Numbered from the stretch's first letter, positions 1-10,037 are shown. The stretch is 64,000 nt of DNA from an uncultured Bacteroidales bacterium (GCA_964431135.1 CAYSIN010000002.1:1811-65810), one strand, 5' to 3'. The notes: generated from the letters alone by a model not told the origin. Program-made: numbers and translations.

Positions 1-948
1 ATTTTTCCATTTCATCCCTAACCCAAACAAAAAACCTGTTAATGCAGGCAAGGCTATATTAATTATCCATAGCAAGGTATAAACGGTTACAATAATTTCG
101 TCGGAAATGCCGGTGGTTGAAAAAATCATCAATCCAACATTGCTGCGCACAAACAATTCGCTTAACGCCATGGTGGGGATTACAGTTGTAAGCATAAAAG
201 CAACAGATGCCAACTGAATAAACAGCATTATAGTTATATGTTGATTAAAAAAAACGAAAAGCAAATACAATTGTAATACAAAAACCGTGTATCGCAGGAA
301 AGATAGAACATATAATTTTAATAAACTTATAAATGAATAGTTTTTACAAAATTCAATGTATTGCATCCATCGTTTAGAAATGAAACGCTCTAGGAATAAC
401 ACTATATGTGGCAATAGCAAATAAACCAATAATGACAATACGAGCAATGATATACACCAAAAATAAATTTCCGAAGAAATATTAAACGTATGCTGTAATA
501 AATTACGACAAAAAATGAACGACAGCAATCCGCAAAAAAGTGTTATAAACAATTGCGACAGGCTTGATATCAGCGAAGCAAAAATACCTTTCACTTTATT
601 ATGCTTTCCAAGTACCAGTATTTTTCCTAAAAATTCACCCGTTCTATTGGGGAATACGGTTGATACCGCCACACCCATAAAAACCGATTTAAACGCTGTT
701 ATATACGACAACGATTGAATAGGTTTGGTTACAAACTGCCATTTTACTGCTTCTATGCCCCAGTTGGCAAAAACCAAAACAAAGGCAAGCACACCAAATA
801 ACCATTGAGCAGAACTGAATTCATCTTTTAAATGAGTAAATTCAAATCCCTGTTTCAATACGAAAAAACGACGATACAACAACCACAGTGAAAGTATAAA
901 TATAGTCCACGAAATAATCTTTATTCCATATTTATTAAACCATTTCAT
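1..948 (-). CDS. Partial CDS (C-terminus outside window): polytopic membrane protein, UPF0104 / lysylphosphatidylglycerol-synthase TM-domain-like
   Basis: The minus-strand frame is open from the ATG at 946-948 down to base 1. I checked every triplet and found no stop, which explains its absence from the ORF track. The hand translation MKWFNKYGIKIISWTIFILSLWLLYRRF... is multi-TM. An ATGA overlap links it to the upstream gene. Confidence 0.5.
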   Translation of the reverse strand, partial: MKWFNKYGIKIISWTIFILSLWLLYRRFFVLKQGFEFTHLKDEFSSAQWLFGVLAFVLVFANWGIEAVKWQFVTKPIQSLSYITAFKSVFMGVAVSTVFPNRTGEFLGKILVLGKHNKVKGIFASLISSLSQLFITLFCGLLSFIFCRNLLQHTFNISSEIYFWCISLLVLSLLVYLLLPHIVLFLERFISKRWMQYIEFCKNYSFISLLKLYVLSFLRYTVFVLQLYLLFVFFNQHITIMLFIQLASVAFMLTTVIPTMALSELFVRSNVGLMIFSTTGISDEIIVTVYTLLWIINIALPALTGFLFGLGMKWKN

Positions 949-1715
949 TCATTAACCAAAATCAAATTTCCTGTTCCCTGTTTATCCACGTCCACTTTAT
1001 GTGGGTGTCCATATACATAAATATTTCCCGAACTATACACGTGTGCACCTACTTCGCTGGTGGCATATATACTGCAATCGCCGGTTGATTTATTTGTAAT
1101 ATAATTAAAATCTGTTTTTAATTGCTCTGCATGATAATAGCCTGTACCAAAAGTCCACAAATAAGCTACACCTGCCCAGCCATATAAATACGTATCGCCT
1201 GTACCGGCACTTTGAGCACATGTAAACGTGGGTGTATGCACCGTAAGTTTAATGATGGCTATATCGGCACGGTTATCAATATTTATATTTTCTTCCTGCA
1301 ATGTATCCTGACCGTAAAAATTACTGCTTCCACTTAATTTTAGATAGATAAAACCCGGTAAATAAACATGAATTTGTGTTACTTTATATTTTCGCAACCA
1401 GTTGCATTTATTATCATCGGAAATATACAGACATCCGTTTTCTACTTTTGTTTTTACATAAGGAATACTATTTTTCCCTGCGATAATGTTAACAAAACAG
1501 GTTGAATCTTTATGCCAATAAACATCAAAAATATCGCTAATCTGAATTTGATTGAACGAAGTCAATATCCGTTTTTCCTCTGAACTTTTTCCATTGGAAT
1601 GAACACAAGAACACAACGATGATTTTTTACAGGATGTATATAAACACAAGATTATTATTACTCCACAAATAATAATGACATCCCTTTTGAAGTTTATAAA
1701 AAATCTCATCAGCAT
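945..1715 (-). CDS. Lipoprotein with DUF2807 / head GIN-domain-like beta-rich repeats
   Basis: 256-aa ORF with an N-terminal hydrophobic segment and Cys (LYTSC). Repeated G-x-G beta-strand pattern and C-terminal IYVYGHP..VDV..GTG typical of this family. Confidence 0.5.
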   Translation of the reverse strand: MLMRFFINFKRDVIIICGVIIILCLYTSCKKSSLCSCVHSNGKSSEEKRILTSFNQIQISDIFDVYWHKDSTCFVNIIAGKNSIPYVKTKVENGCLYISDDNKCNWLRKYKVTQIHVYLPGFIYLKLSGSSNFYGQDTLQEENINIDNRADIAIIKLTVHTPTFTCAQSAGTGDTYLYGWAGVAYLWTFGTGYYHAEQLKTDFNYITNKSTGDCSIYATSEVGAHVYSSGNIYVYGHPHKVDVDKQGTGNLILVNE

Positions 1716-1731
1716 TACAATAAATATGCAC

Positions 1732-1739
1732 TAAATTTG
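1732..1739 (+). promoter_or_regulatory. Bacteroidota-type -7 box (TAAATTTG)
   Basis: Matches TAnnTTTG, about 20 nt upstream of the mltG start. Confidence 0.4.
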
Positions 1740-1758
1740 CAACGCTAAAATTACAACG

Positions 1759-2817
1759 GTGAATGCAAAAAGCAAACATAAAAAGAAACTTTTTATCAGA
1801 GTGATTTTCATTTTTCTTTTAATTCTCCTTATTTCTGCTGTATCTATTGGTTATTCCTATTATAAAAAAATTTATTCGGTTAATGTGCGTTTAAACCTGA
1901 ACGATGAATATGTTTGTATTCCTACGGGGTCTTCGTTTGATGATGTTGTCCGCATACTTACTCAAAAAAACATATTGGTCAATTCATCGTCTTTTGAATG
2001 GCTGGCAGAAAAGAAAAATTATGTTACTCATATTAAGCCTGGACGTTACAAAATACACAAGGGCATGAATAACAACGAACTTGTTAATCTTTTGCGCAGT
2101 GGGAAACAGGAACCTGTTACTATAGTTATACGCGGTTTTCGGAATGCCTATGAACTTGCAGGTTCTGTTAGCCATAAACTCGAAGCCGATTCTATAAGCA
2201 TAGTTTCGTTATTTGAAGATGAAATGACGGCACAGAAATATGGTTTTACATTGCCATCTTTTATTTTAATAATCGTTCCCAATACGTATGAATTTTACTG
2301 GAACACCTCTGCTTCTGAATTTATTCACCGTATGGCAAAAGAATATAAGGCATTCTGGAACGATGAGCGAAAGCAAAAAGCAAAACAAATCAATTTATCT
2401 CAATCGGAAGTAGGAATTTTGGCTTCCATTGTTCAACTTGAAACGAATAAAAAAGATGAAATGCCCGACATCGCTGGTGTTTATATTAATCGCTTGCGAA
2501 AAGGCATGCGTTTGCAGGCAGACCCTACCGTTATATATGCCGTAGGTGATTTCTCTATTCGTCGTGTTACACAAGAGCATCTTAATTTTGCTTCACCATA
2601 CAATACCTATTTACACGAAGGGCTTCCACCTGGTCCTGTTTGTATTCCCTATTCTTTTTCTATGGATGCGGTTTTAAATTATAAAGTGCATAATTTTTTG
2701 TACTTTTGTGCCCGCTCTGATTTTTCAGGCTATCATGTTTTTGCCAGAACGCTGAACGAACATGCCAATAATGCCCGTAAATATCAGAACGCATTAAATA
2801 AACGAAAAATATATTAA
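1759..2817 (+). CDS. mltG: Endolytic murein transglycosylase MltG (YceG family)
   Basis: 352 aa with an N-terminal TM. Motifs PGRYKI, ILASIVQLET, YINRL..GMRLQADPTVIY and PYNTY..GLPPGP. Non-ATG (GTG) start in the track. Confidence 0.8.
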   Translation: MNAKSKHKKKLFIRVIFIFLLILLISAVSIGYSYYKKIYSVNVRLNLNDEYVCIPTGSSFDDVVRILTQKNILVNSSSFEWLAEKKNYVTHIKPGRYKIHKGMNNNELVNLLRSGKQEPVTIVIRGFRNAYELAGSVSHKLEADSISIVSLFEDEMTAQKYGFTLPSFILIIVPNTYEFYWNTSASEFIHRMAKEYKAFWNDERKQKAKQINLSQSEVGILASIVQLETNKKDEMPDIAGVYINRLRKGMRLQADPTVIYAVGDFSIRRVTQEHLNFASPYNTYLHEGLPPGPVCIPYSFSMDAVLNYKVHNFLYFCARSDFSGYHVFARTLNEHANNARKYQNALNKRKIY

Positions 2818-2826
2818 TAATAAAAT

Positions 2827-4245
2827 ATGGTTCGTATTAAATTTGGAACAGATGGATGGAGAGCCATTATCGGAAAAGAATTTACCGTAGATAATGTAGC
2901 ACGCATTTCAAGTGCCGTGGCTCGTTGGCTCAAATCAAAAAGTAAACATCCTACCGCAGTAGTAGCGTATGATTTTCGTTTCAACGGTAAACTTTTTTCA
3001 GAAACCGTTGCCAAAGTTTTAGCCCATAACGAAATTAAAGTATTTTACTGTCCTATTCCCACGTCAACACCTGCTTTATCGCTGTCGGTTATTCAAAATA
3101 AAGCGAACTTGGGCGTTATGATTACGGCAAGTCACAATCCTCCCGAATATAATGGATATAAACTGAAAGGTAGCCACGGAGGTCCTTTGCTGGAAGATAA
3201 TTTAAAAGAGATTGAAGCCATTATGCCCGACGAAAACGAATTGGATATTGATTCTATTAAATGGACCGATTTACAAAAAAAGGGATTTGTAATTGAAATC
3301 AATCTGGAAGATGCTTATGTGGAGTATGTAGAACAGCATTTTGACCTTGAAAAAATCAATAATTCAAAGTTCAACTTTGCTTTTGATGCCATGTACGGAA
3401 GTGGGCAAAATGTTATGCGTCGTTTATTTCCCGATATCCCATTGCTCCATTGTGAAAATAACCCTTCGTTTAAGGGAATACCTCCCGAGCCACTTCATAA
3501 AAATCTTCTTGAATTTAGTGAGTTTATTGCCAAAAGTGGAAATATAAGTATTGGATTAGCCGTTGATGGTGATGCCGATAGAATTGCTCTTTACGATTCC
3601 AAAGGCAATTATATCAATTCGCATACGATTATTCTGTTGCTCATCTATTATCTGGCACATTACAAAAAAATGACAGGCAAAGTAGTTACAGGTTTTTCAA
3701 GCACCGTAAAAGTTGAAAAACTGTGCGAAAAATATAATCTTCCGGTTCAACGTGTTCGTATTGGTTTTAAAGATATATGCAAAGTTATGTTGCACGAAGA
3801 TGTTTTGGTTGGAGGTGAAGAATCGGGTGGCATTACTATCAAGGGGCATATTCCTGAACGTGACGGTATTTGGATGGGACTGACCCTTTGGAATGCCATG
3901 GTAGAAACTGGAAAATCCATAGAGCAACTCATCAATGAAGTATATCATATTACGGGTAAATTTTACTATGTGCGATACGACATGAAAGTGGACGAACCCA
4001 CTAAAAAAGTTGCCATTAATGCATGTAAAAATCAATTGTTCAACGCATTTGCTGGCGAAAAAATTGTTCGTACCGATACACTCGACGGGTATAAGTATTT
4101 TATGAATGATGATGAATGGGTAATGATACGTCCTTCGGGCACAGAGCCATTACTAAGAATTTATTCCGAAGCAAAAACTCAGGAACGTGTTGATAAATTT
4201 ATAAAATCGGGTATAGAAAGCGTGCAAAATTTGAAAATTAAATAA
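2827..4245 (+). CDS. Alpha-D-phosphohexomutase family protein (PGM/PMM type)
   Basis: 472 aa. FGTDGWR N-terminus, active-site TASHNPPEYNGYK, metal loop AVDGDADR, GEESGG sugar loop. Confidence 0.8.
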   Translation: MVRIKFGTDGWRAIIGKEFTVDNVARISSAVARWLKSKSKHPTAVVAYDFRFNGKLFSETVAKVLAHNEIKVFYCPIPTSTPALSLSVIQNKANLGVMITASHNPPEYNGYKLKGSHGGPLLEDNLKEIEAIMPDENELDIDSIKWTDLQKKGFVIEINLEDAYVEYVEQHFDLEKINNSKFNFAFDAMYGSGQNVMRRLFPDIPLLHCENNPSFKGIPPEPLHKNLLEFSEFIAKSGNISIGLAVDGDADRIALYDSKGNYINSHTIILLLIYYLAHYKKMTGKVVTGFSSTVKVEKLCEKYNLPVQRVRIGFKDICKVMLHEDVLVGGEESGGITIKGHIPERDGIWMGLTLWNAMVETGKSIEQLINEVYHITGKFYYVRYDMKVDEPTKKVAINACKNQLFNAFAGEKIVRTDTLDGYKYFMNDDEWVMIRPSGTEPLLRIYSEAKTQERVDKFIKSGIESVQNLKIK

Positions 4246-4286
4246 ATAATAGTACTTTTGCACCCGCATTGCCAAAAAAAGATTTT

Positions 4287-4373
4287 GGAGAGATGGCAGA
4301 GTGGTCGAATGCGGCGGTCTTGAAAACCGTTGTGCCCGTGAGGGTACCGGGGGTTCGAATCCCTCTCTCTCCG
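4287..4373 (+). tRNA. tRNA-Ser (anticodon UGA), long variable arm, no encoded CCA
   Basis: Acceptor GGAGAGA/TCTCTCC, anticodon loop cTTGAaa, long extra arm, T-arm GGGGG-TTCGAAT-CCCTC. Folded by hand. Confidence 0.9.
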
Positions 4374-4738
4374 CAAAATTCAACAAAGCGAAGCGTTTTT
4401 TTATTTTAAGCGAATAGCAGACTTGTCTGGCAATGAGCGTAAAAATAAAAAAAGAAAACGAAGTGAGTTGGTTGAATTTTAACGTCTCCCCCAACGGGTT
4501 CAACGAAGTTAATCCCTCTCTCTCCGCAAAATTCAACAAAGCGAAGCGTTTTTTTATTTTAAGCGAATAGCAGACTTGTCTGGCAATGAGCGTAAAAATA
4601 AAAAAAGAAAACGAAGTGAGTTGGTTGAATTTTAACGTCTCCCCCAACGGGTTCAACGAAGTTAATCCCTCTCTCTCCGCAAAATTCAACAAAGCGAAGC
4701 GTTTTTTTTATTTTAAGCGAATAGCAGACTTGTCTGGC
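4361..4738. repeat. 153-bp tandem repeat (2 full units plus about 0.5), first unit starting inside the tRNA-Ser 3' end
   Basis: CCCTCTCTCTCCGCAAAATTCAACAAAGCGAAGCG recurs at 4361, 4514 and 4667. Units are near-identical, and the third diverges after CTTGTCTGGC (4738). Confidence 0.9.
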
Positions 4739-5073
4739 GTTCTTTGCGGTTAATCTTTTTTTACCGCACATGTCTCGGCTATAACGGATGTTTGGAATCA
4801 GGATTTTATAAGTTTTATAAGTAACGACGCTGGATAGAGCGATTTTTTTAATATACCCCATTTTTGTTAATTGGTTGAATATAAGCAAAATAAAGAAAAT
4901 AATTGTCTGCACTAATATTGTTAATAACTTTGTTATTAAATAATTGAATAATTGATTATTATATATAATTAATGTATTATATTTGCATTCACATAATTAA
5001 TTAGATTAAAATATGTACATTGATAAAGAAACATATTATGACAAAAAAGGAAGACCCCATAAGAGAGTTCTTT

Positions 5074-5206
5074 TAATACCGACTTGCTAACAAGTTCATT
5101 AAAACCATTCGCTTCGCTTTTGTTTTAAAACTGTTAGTCTGTCGGCATCTCGTCATTGCTGACGAGACAAAATTCATTTCATTCTTTTGTGAGCGGTTTG
5201 GTATAA
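5074..5206. repeat. Composite intergenic repeat module (R1 + palindrome + R2) upstream of the hdr-flx operon
   Basis: TAATACCGACTTGCTAACAAGTTCATTAAAAC (5074-5105), imperfect palindrome CCGAC-TTG-CTAAC...GTTAG-TCT-GTCGG (5078-5146), 8-bp hairpin TCTCGTCA/TGACGAGA, then CAAAATTCATTTCATTCTTTTGTGAGCGGTTTGGTATAA (5168-5206). It has a partner copy at 11901-11977. Confidence 0.8.
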
Positions 5207-5267
5207 TACATGTTATAAAACATTTTTTTCTGTCATATTTGAATGAATAATTATTTCAAACTCGTTA

Positions 5268-5275
5268 TAAATTTG
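5268..5275 (+). promoter_or_regulatory. Bacteroidota-type -7 box (TAAATTTG) for the hdr-flx operon
   Basis: TAnnTTTG match 20 nt upstream of the hdrC-like ATG. Confidence 0.4.
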
Positions 5276-5294
5276 CCGTAAAAATTTTAAACTT

Positions 5295-5861
5295 ATGGCT
5301 GAGGTTCATTTTTATTCAACGGGTTCATTAGCAAACAGCATAAATGAACATACAGGCATTTCGGTAGCCAGATGTTACCAGTGTGGTAAGTGCTCTGCAG
5401 GCTGTCCTGTGGTGGAATTTATGGATTATCCACCCAGTTTGGTTTTACGCAATCTTCAAACCGAATTGCCGGAAAACGATGATGCCATTCTTCGTTCCAA
5501 ATCAATTTGGTATTGCTTAACGTGTGAAATGTGTATTGCACGTTGTCCTATGGAAGTGGACATCCCTGTGATGATGGATTTTCTTAGAACTGAATCGCTT
5601 CGATTAAAGAAAACCCATAAAGAAGCAAAAAATATTATCCGTTTTCATAAAGCCTTTTTAAATACCATAAAACGCAATGGCAGATTGCACGAAATGGGAT
5701 TGGTACTGGATTATAAGTCACGTTCATTAAACTTAATTCAGGATTTGAATTTGTCGCCGGGTATGTTTAGCAGAGGTAAATTAAAAATCCTGCCCGAAAA
5801 AATTAAAAACCTGAAAAACGTAAAACATATTTTTCACGAGACATTAAATAAAACGAAATAA
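5295..5861 (+). CDS. hdrC: Heterodisulfide reductase subunit C-like 4Fe-4S protein
   Basis: 188 aa. Two cluster motifs, CYQCGKCSAGCP and CLTCEMCIARCP. Sits first in an hdrC-B-A gene order. Confidence 0.75.
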   Translation: MAEVHFYSTGSLANSINEHTGISVARCYQCGKCSAGCPVVEFMDYPPSLVLRNLQTELPENDDAILRSKSIWYCLTCEMCIARCPMEVDIPVMMDFLRTESLRLKKTHKEAKNIIRFHKAFLNTIKRNGRLHEMGLVLDYKSRSLNLIQDLNLSPGMFSRGKLKILPEKIKNLKNVKHIFHETLNKTK

Positions 5862-5883
5862 TAAATCAACAAAATATAAACTC

Positions 5884-6789
5884 ATGAAACTTGGATTTTA
5901 TCCCGGATGTTCACTGGAAGGCTCATCAAGAGAATATAACGAATCGGTGATGGCTATTGCCGAAAAATTCGGTATAGAACTGGTTCAAATTCCAGATTGG
6001 AACTGCTGTGGTGCAACCGCTGCGCATAATTTGAATAAGGAATTATCGTTGTCGTTGCCTGCTCGCATTCTGGCTCTTGCCGAAGAAGCAGGAATGAAAG
6101 AAATTGTTGTTCCTTGTGCAGCCTGTTATAGCCGACTGAGTACCACTCACCATGAATTGACCATAGACGAAGAATTGCGAAATAAAGTCAACGGTATAGT
6201 CGGGAAAAATTACAACGGCACTCTCCGTATTTTAAATGTCATTCAATTCATTCAGGAATACATATTGGATAAACTGGATGAAAAAATTGTGAACGAGTTT
6301 CAAAGCAAGGTAGCCTGTTATTATGGTTGCTTATTGGTTAGGCCCCATAAGATTTTGAATTTTGACCGAACCGAAGACCCTCAAACCATGGATATGGTGA
6401 TGAAAAAATTAGGGGCTGAGCCTATTGATTGGGCATACAAAACCGAATGCTGCGGCGCAGGATTTTCCGTTTCGTTTACCGATGCCGTTTCTACCTTATC
6501 GGGAAAAATTGTGGAAGATGCTGTTCACAGAGGTGCCGAAGCGATTATTGTTGCATGTCCCATGTGTCAGTCCAACCTCGATATGAGACGTCCCGGCATT
6601 GATAAGTATATGGGAACAAAGTCGGGCATTCCTGTTTTGTATATTACTCAGGCTATAGGTTTATCTTTGGGTATGAATATGAAACAACTGGGATTGCAAC
6701 GTCACTTTGTACCCGTTAAACTGGAAAAATTCAAGTTAACTAAAAAACAGACAAAAGTTGAAGAACCACAAAAAATGGAGGAAAAATAA
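5884..6789 (+). CDS. hdrB: Heterodisulfide reductase subunit B-like protein (two CCG domains)
   Basis: 301 aa. CCG motifs DWNCCGA and ECCGAGF, plus PCAACY and CPMCQ cysteines. Confidence 0.8.
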   Translation: MKLGFYPGCSLEGSSREYNESVMAIAEKFGIELVQIPDWNCCGATAAHNLNKELSLSLPARILALAEEAGMKEIVVPCAACYSRLSTTHHELTIDEELRNKVNGIVGKNYNGTLRILNVIQFIQEYILDKLDEKIVNEFQSKVACYYGCLLVRPHKILNFDRTEDPQTMDMVMKKLGAEPIDWAYKTECCGAGFSVSFTDAVSTLSGKIVEDAVHRGAEAIIVACPMCQSNLDMRRPGIDKYMGTKSGIPVLYITQAIGLSLGMNMKQLGLQRHFVPVKLEKFKLTKKQTKVEEPQKMEEK

Positions 6790-8792
6790 TGGCACGCATA
6801 GGAGTTTTTATATGTCATTGTGGCGAAAATATTGGTGCAACGGTCGATTGTGCCAAAGTAGCCGAAGTGGCTGCCACCATTCCCGGTGTAGTTAAAAGTG
6901 TTGATTATAAATATATGTGTTCTGACCCGGGTCAGACCTTAATCAAAGACGCTATAAAGGAAAATAAACTTACCGGTGTTGTAGTGGCAGCATGTTCACC
7001 TCGTATGCACGAACCTACCTTTCGCAGGGCTTGTGCCGAAGCAGGATTAAACCCTTTTCTGTGCGAAATGGCTAATCTTAGAGAGCATTGTTCATGGGTT
7101 CATGAAAAAAGCAACGAAACAACTAACAAGGCTATAGACATTGTTCGTACACTGGTCGAAAAAGTCAAGTTAAACGAACCTCTTTATCCTATAAAGGTTC
7201 CTGTAACCAAAACAGCGCTCGTTGTTGGAGGTGGTGTGGCTGGCATTCAGGCAGCACTCGATATTGCCAATGCCGGGCATAAAGTTATTATGGTTGAAAA
7301 AAATCCTTCCATTGGCGGACACATGTCACAATTGTCCGAAACATTTCCTACGCTCGACTGTTCTCAATGTATATTAACACCGCGAATGGTTGAAGTAGCA
7401 CAACATCCTAATATTACGTTGTATTCCTATGCCGAAGTAGAAAGTCTGGATGGATTTATTGGAAATTTTAAAGTTAAAATACGCAAGAAAGCCAAAAGCA
7501 TTGACGAAAAATTATGTACCGGTTGCGGAATGTGTATAACCAAATGCCCTGTCAAGAAAATACCCAATGAATTTGATGAAAATTTAAGTTTCAGAAAAGC
7601 CATTTACGTTCCTTTTCCACAAGCCGTGCCCAACAAGCCTGTTATTGATAAAGCAAATTGTACCTATTACCTTAAAGGTAAATGCAAAATATGTGAAAAA
7701 TTCTGTCCTACTGGTGCTATTCGCTTTGACCAACAGGATGAAATTATTGAAGTAGAAGCAGGTGCTCTTGTATTAGCCACAGGATTTGATATTAAGAGAA
7801 CCGATTTCTTCCCAGAGTATGGCTATGGCAAGTATAAAGATGTAATAGATGGATTGCAGTTTGAACGTATTGCATCAGCCTCCGGACCTACCTTGGGCGA
7901 AATACGCAGACCGTCTGATGGACAAGTGCCTAAAAAAGTTGTTTTTGTGGCATGTGCTGGTTCCCGTGACCCTGCCAAAGGTATTGAATATTGCTCCAAA
8001 ATATGTTGCATGTACACTGCCAAACATACTATCCTGTATAAACACAAGGTTCATGATGGTACCGCTTATGTATTTTATATGGATATTCGTGCCGCTGGTA
8101 AAAATTACGATGAATTTACACGCCGTGCTATTGAAGAAGATGGTGCTAAATATATACGAGGCAGAGTATCCAAAATATATGAACGTGATGGCAAATTAAT
8201 CGTAGTAGGTGCCGATACCTTGATGAATGCCCGCCCTGTAGAAATAGAAGCCGATATGGTAGTGCTTGCTACCGCTGGTGTTTCCAGCCCCGGTTCTGAA
8301 GAGTTGGCTCAGAAACTTCATGTTTCTTACGACCAGTATAAGTTTTTTGCCGAAGCACATCCTAAACTAAGACCGGTAGAAACCAATACCGCAGGCATAT
8401 TTTTAGCAGGTGCCTGTCAAAGCATAAAAGATATACCCGAATCTGTATCACAGGCATCGGGTGCGGCTGCCAAAGTGTGTGGATTATTCTCACAAAATGA
8501 ACTCACCCGCGACCCGCTGATTGCCGTTGTTAACAGAACGGCACCGCCCTTATATTCTACGTGCGTGGGCTGTTTCTTATGTCAAAGTGTATGTCCCTAT
8601 CAGGCAATTGAAAAAGAAGAAATCAAAGCAAGAGATGGTAGCGTTATTAAAACCGTTGCACGAATTAATCCTGGGTTGTGTCAGGGTTGCGGTACTTGTG
8701 TGGCACTATGCCGTACCAAATCTATCGATATTCTGGGATATACCCATAAACAAATTTATGCAGAAGTAGATGCCGTTTTAAATACATTATAA
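6789..8792 (+). CDS. hdrA: Heterodisulfide reductase subunit A-like FAD/Fe-S flavoprotein
   Basis: 667 aa. FAD fold VVGGGVAGIQAA and several CxxCxxCxxxCP ferredoxin motifs. Start overlaps the hdrB stop (ATAATG). Confidence 0.8.
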   Translation: MARIGVFICHCGENIGATVDCAKVAEVAATIPGVVKSVDYKYMCSDPGQTLIKDAIKENKLTGVVVAACSPRMHEPTFRRACAEAGLNPFLCEMANLREHCSWVHEKSNETTNKAIDIVRTLVEKVKLNEPLYPIKVPVTKTALVVGGGVAGIQAALDIANAGHKVIMVEKNPSIGGHMSQLSETFPTLDCSQCILTPRMVEVAQHPNITLYSYAEVESLDGFIGNFKVKIRKKAKSIDEKLCTGCGMCITKCPVKKIPNEFDENLSFRKAIYVPFPQAVPNKPVIDKANCTYYLKGKCKICEKFCPTGAIRFDQQDEIIEVEAGALVLATGFDIKRTDFFPEYGYGKYKDVIDGLQFERIASASGPTLGEIRRPSDGQVPKKVVFVACAGSRDPAKGIEYCSKICCMYTAKHTILYKHKVHDGTAYVFYMDIRAAGKNYDEFTRRAIEEDGAKYIRGRVSKIYERDGKLIVVGADTLMNARPVEIEADMVVLATAGVSSPGSEELAQKLHVSYDQYKFFAEAHPKLRPVETNTAGIFLAGACQSIKDIPESVSQASGAAAKVCGLFSQNELTRDPLIAVVNRTAPPLYSTCVGCFLCQSVCPYQAIEKEEIKARDGSVIKTVARINPGLCQGCGTCVALCRTKSIDILGYTHKQIYAEVDAVLNTL

Positions 8793-8793
8793 C

Positions 8794-9240
8794 ATGGATG
8801 AATTTGAACCAAAAATTGTAGCCTTTGTATGTAACTGGTGTACGTATGCAGGCGCCGACCTTACCGGTACAAGTAGAATAAAATATGCTACCAATGTAAG
8901 AATTATACGTTTCCCGTGTACGGGCAGAATAGATTTTATGCTTATACTGAAAGCCTTTGCACAAGGTGCCGATGGTGTTATTATTTCTGGATGCCATCCT
9001 AACGATTGCCATTATACGTCAGGCAATTTTCATGCTCGCAGACGCTGGATAGTGTTCAGAGGATTGCTCGATTTTTTGGGTATCGACGTTAGAAGAATTA
9101 CCTTTTCGTGGGTTTCTGCTGCCGAAGGTGCCAAGTGGGCAGACTTGGTTAATAAAACCACTGCCGAAATACGTAAACTCGGACCCTATACCAGTTACCA
9201 TAACATATCAAAACAGGAAGAGGAGGTAACTCATGGATAA
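8794..9240 (+). CDS. mvhD: MvhD/FlxD-like methyl-viologen-reducing hydrogenase delta-subunit domain protein
   Basis: 148 aa. FVCNWCTYAGADL, RFPCTGRID and ISGCHPNDCHY signature. Confidence 0.8.
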   Translation: MDEFEPKIVAFVCNWCTYAGADLTGTSRIKYATNVRIIRFPCTGRIDFMLILKAFAQGADGVIISGCHPNDCHYTSGNFHARRRWIVFRGLLDFLGIDVRRITFSWVSAAEGAKWADLVNKTTAEIRKLGPYTSYHNISKQEEEVTHG

Positions 9241-10033
9241 AATAAAACAAAAAGCAAAAGAACTGCTCGAATCAAATAAAGTTCAAGTAGTCATTGGCTA
9301 TGAAGAAGGTACTGCCGGAAAAACAAGACCGGTTTTTATTACCAATGCCAAAAATACCGATAAACTTATTTTTGATGACCGATGCTACCATAATCTTGCC
9401 GTTTATCTTACCAAAGTTGACGTTAAGAAAATGGGAAGAGTAGCCGTAGTCGCATCGTTGAATACACTGAAAAGTATCGTAAAATTATCATCCGAACATC
9501 AGGTGGCATTTGAAGATATCGATATTTTAGGTGTAGATAGAAGTGGTGAATTGCACGAATTTGCCAGTATGGACGATGTATTGAATTACATCCATCAAAA
9601 CCCAGTAGAATATAGCCCTGAAGAAAAATCATTGCTTCAGAAAATAGAATCTATGACGATGGAAGAACGATGGGAATTCTGGCAAGACCAATTTTCACGC
9701 TGTATTAAATGTTATGCTTGTCGTGCGGCATGCCCCAATTGCTATTGCGACCGCTGTATTGTTGATATCAATCAGCCACAGTGGATTCCTACCACTTCCG
9801 ACAACATAGGAAATCTTGAATGGCATATTGTCAGAGCCATGCACCTTGCTGGTCGTTGTGTCAACTGCGGCGCTTGTGCCGATGCCTGCCCTGTCAATAT
9901 TCCATTAAACCTGCTTACTCTTAAAATGACCGAAGAAATTAATAAAGACTTTGGTGCATCCGACGAATTTACTTTAACCGATTATCCTTTATCTATATAC
10001 AATTCAAACGATAAAGAAAATTTTATTAAATAA
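9233..10033 (+). CDS. 4Fe-4S dicluster protein (FlxC-like position)
   Basis: 266 aa. CIKCYACRAACPNC and CVNCGACADACP motifs. Overlaps the mvhD stop. Confidence 0.55.
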   Translation: MDKIKQKAKELLESNKVQVVIGYEEGTAGKTRPVFITNAKNTDKLIFDDRCYHNLAVYLTKVDVKKMGRVAVVASLNTLKSIVKLSSEHQVAFEDIDILGVDRSGELHEFASMDDVLNYIHQNPVEYSPEEKSLLQKIESMTMEERWEFWQDQFSRCIKCYACRAACPNCYCDRCIVDINQPQWIPTTSDNIGNLEWHIVRAMHLAGRCVNCGACADACPVNIPLNLLTLKMTEEINKDFGASDEFTLTDYPLSIYNSNDKENFIK

Positions 10034-10037
10034 TGCT

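Noticed and set aside
515-718. 67-aa plus-strand ORF
   Set aside because: It lies entirely antisense within the long open minus-strand membrane-protein frame (1-948).
4153-4692. 179-aa minus-strand ORF with an internally repeated peptide (LNFAEREGLTSLNPLGETLKFNQLTSFSFFIFTLIARQVCYSLKIKKRFAL x2-3)
   Set aside because: It is translation through the 153-bp tandem repeat and the antisense of tRNA-Ser. The repeat period is a multiple of 3, which keeps the frame open, so it is an artefact rather than a gene.
4361-4738. Possible CRISPR array
   Set aside because: The units are 153 bp and contiguous with no unique spacers, there are no cas genes, and the first unit is part of a tRNA. It is not a CRISPR.
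4559-4912. 117-aa minus-strand ORF downstream of the tandem array
   Set aside because: It overlaps the repeat array and AT-rich spacer, has low-complexity composition and no recognisable motif. It is likely spurious.
5186-5207. lac-operator-like TTGTGAGCGG and an E. coli-style extended -10 (TGgTATAAT, 5199-5207) inside repeat block R2
   Set aside because: The 10-nt resemblance to lacO is almost certainly coincidental. Bacteroidota sigma-A uses TAnnTTTG rather than TATAAT, and a proper TAAATTTG box sits closer to the hdrC start. The second copy of the block (11971-11979) reads TATAAAAT.
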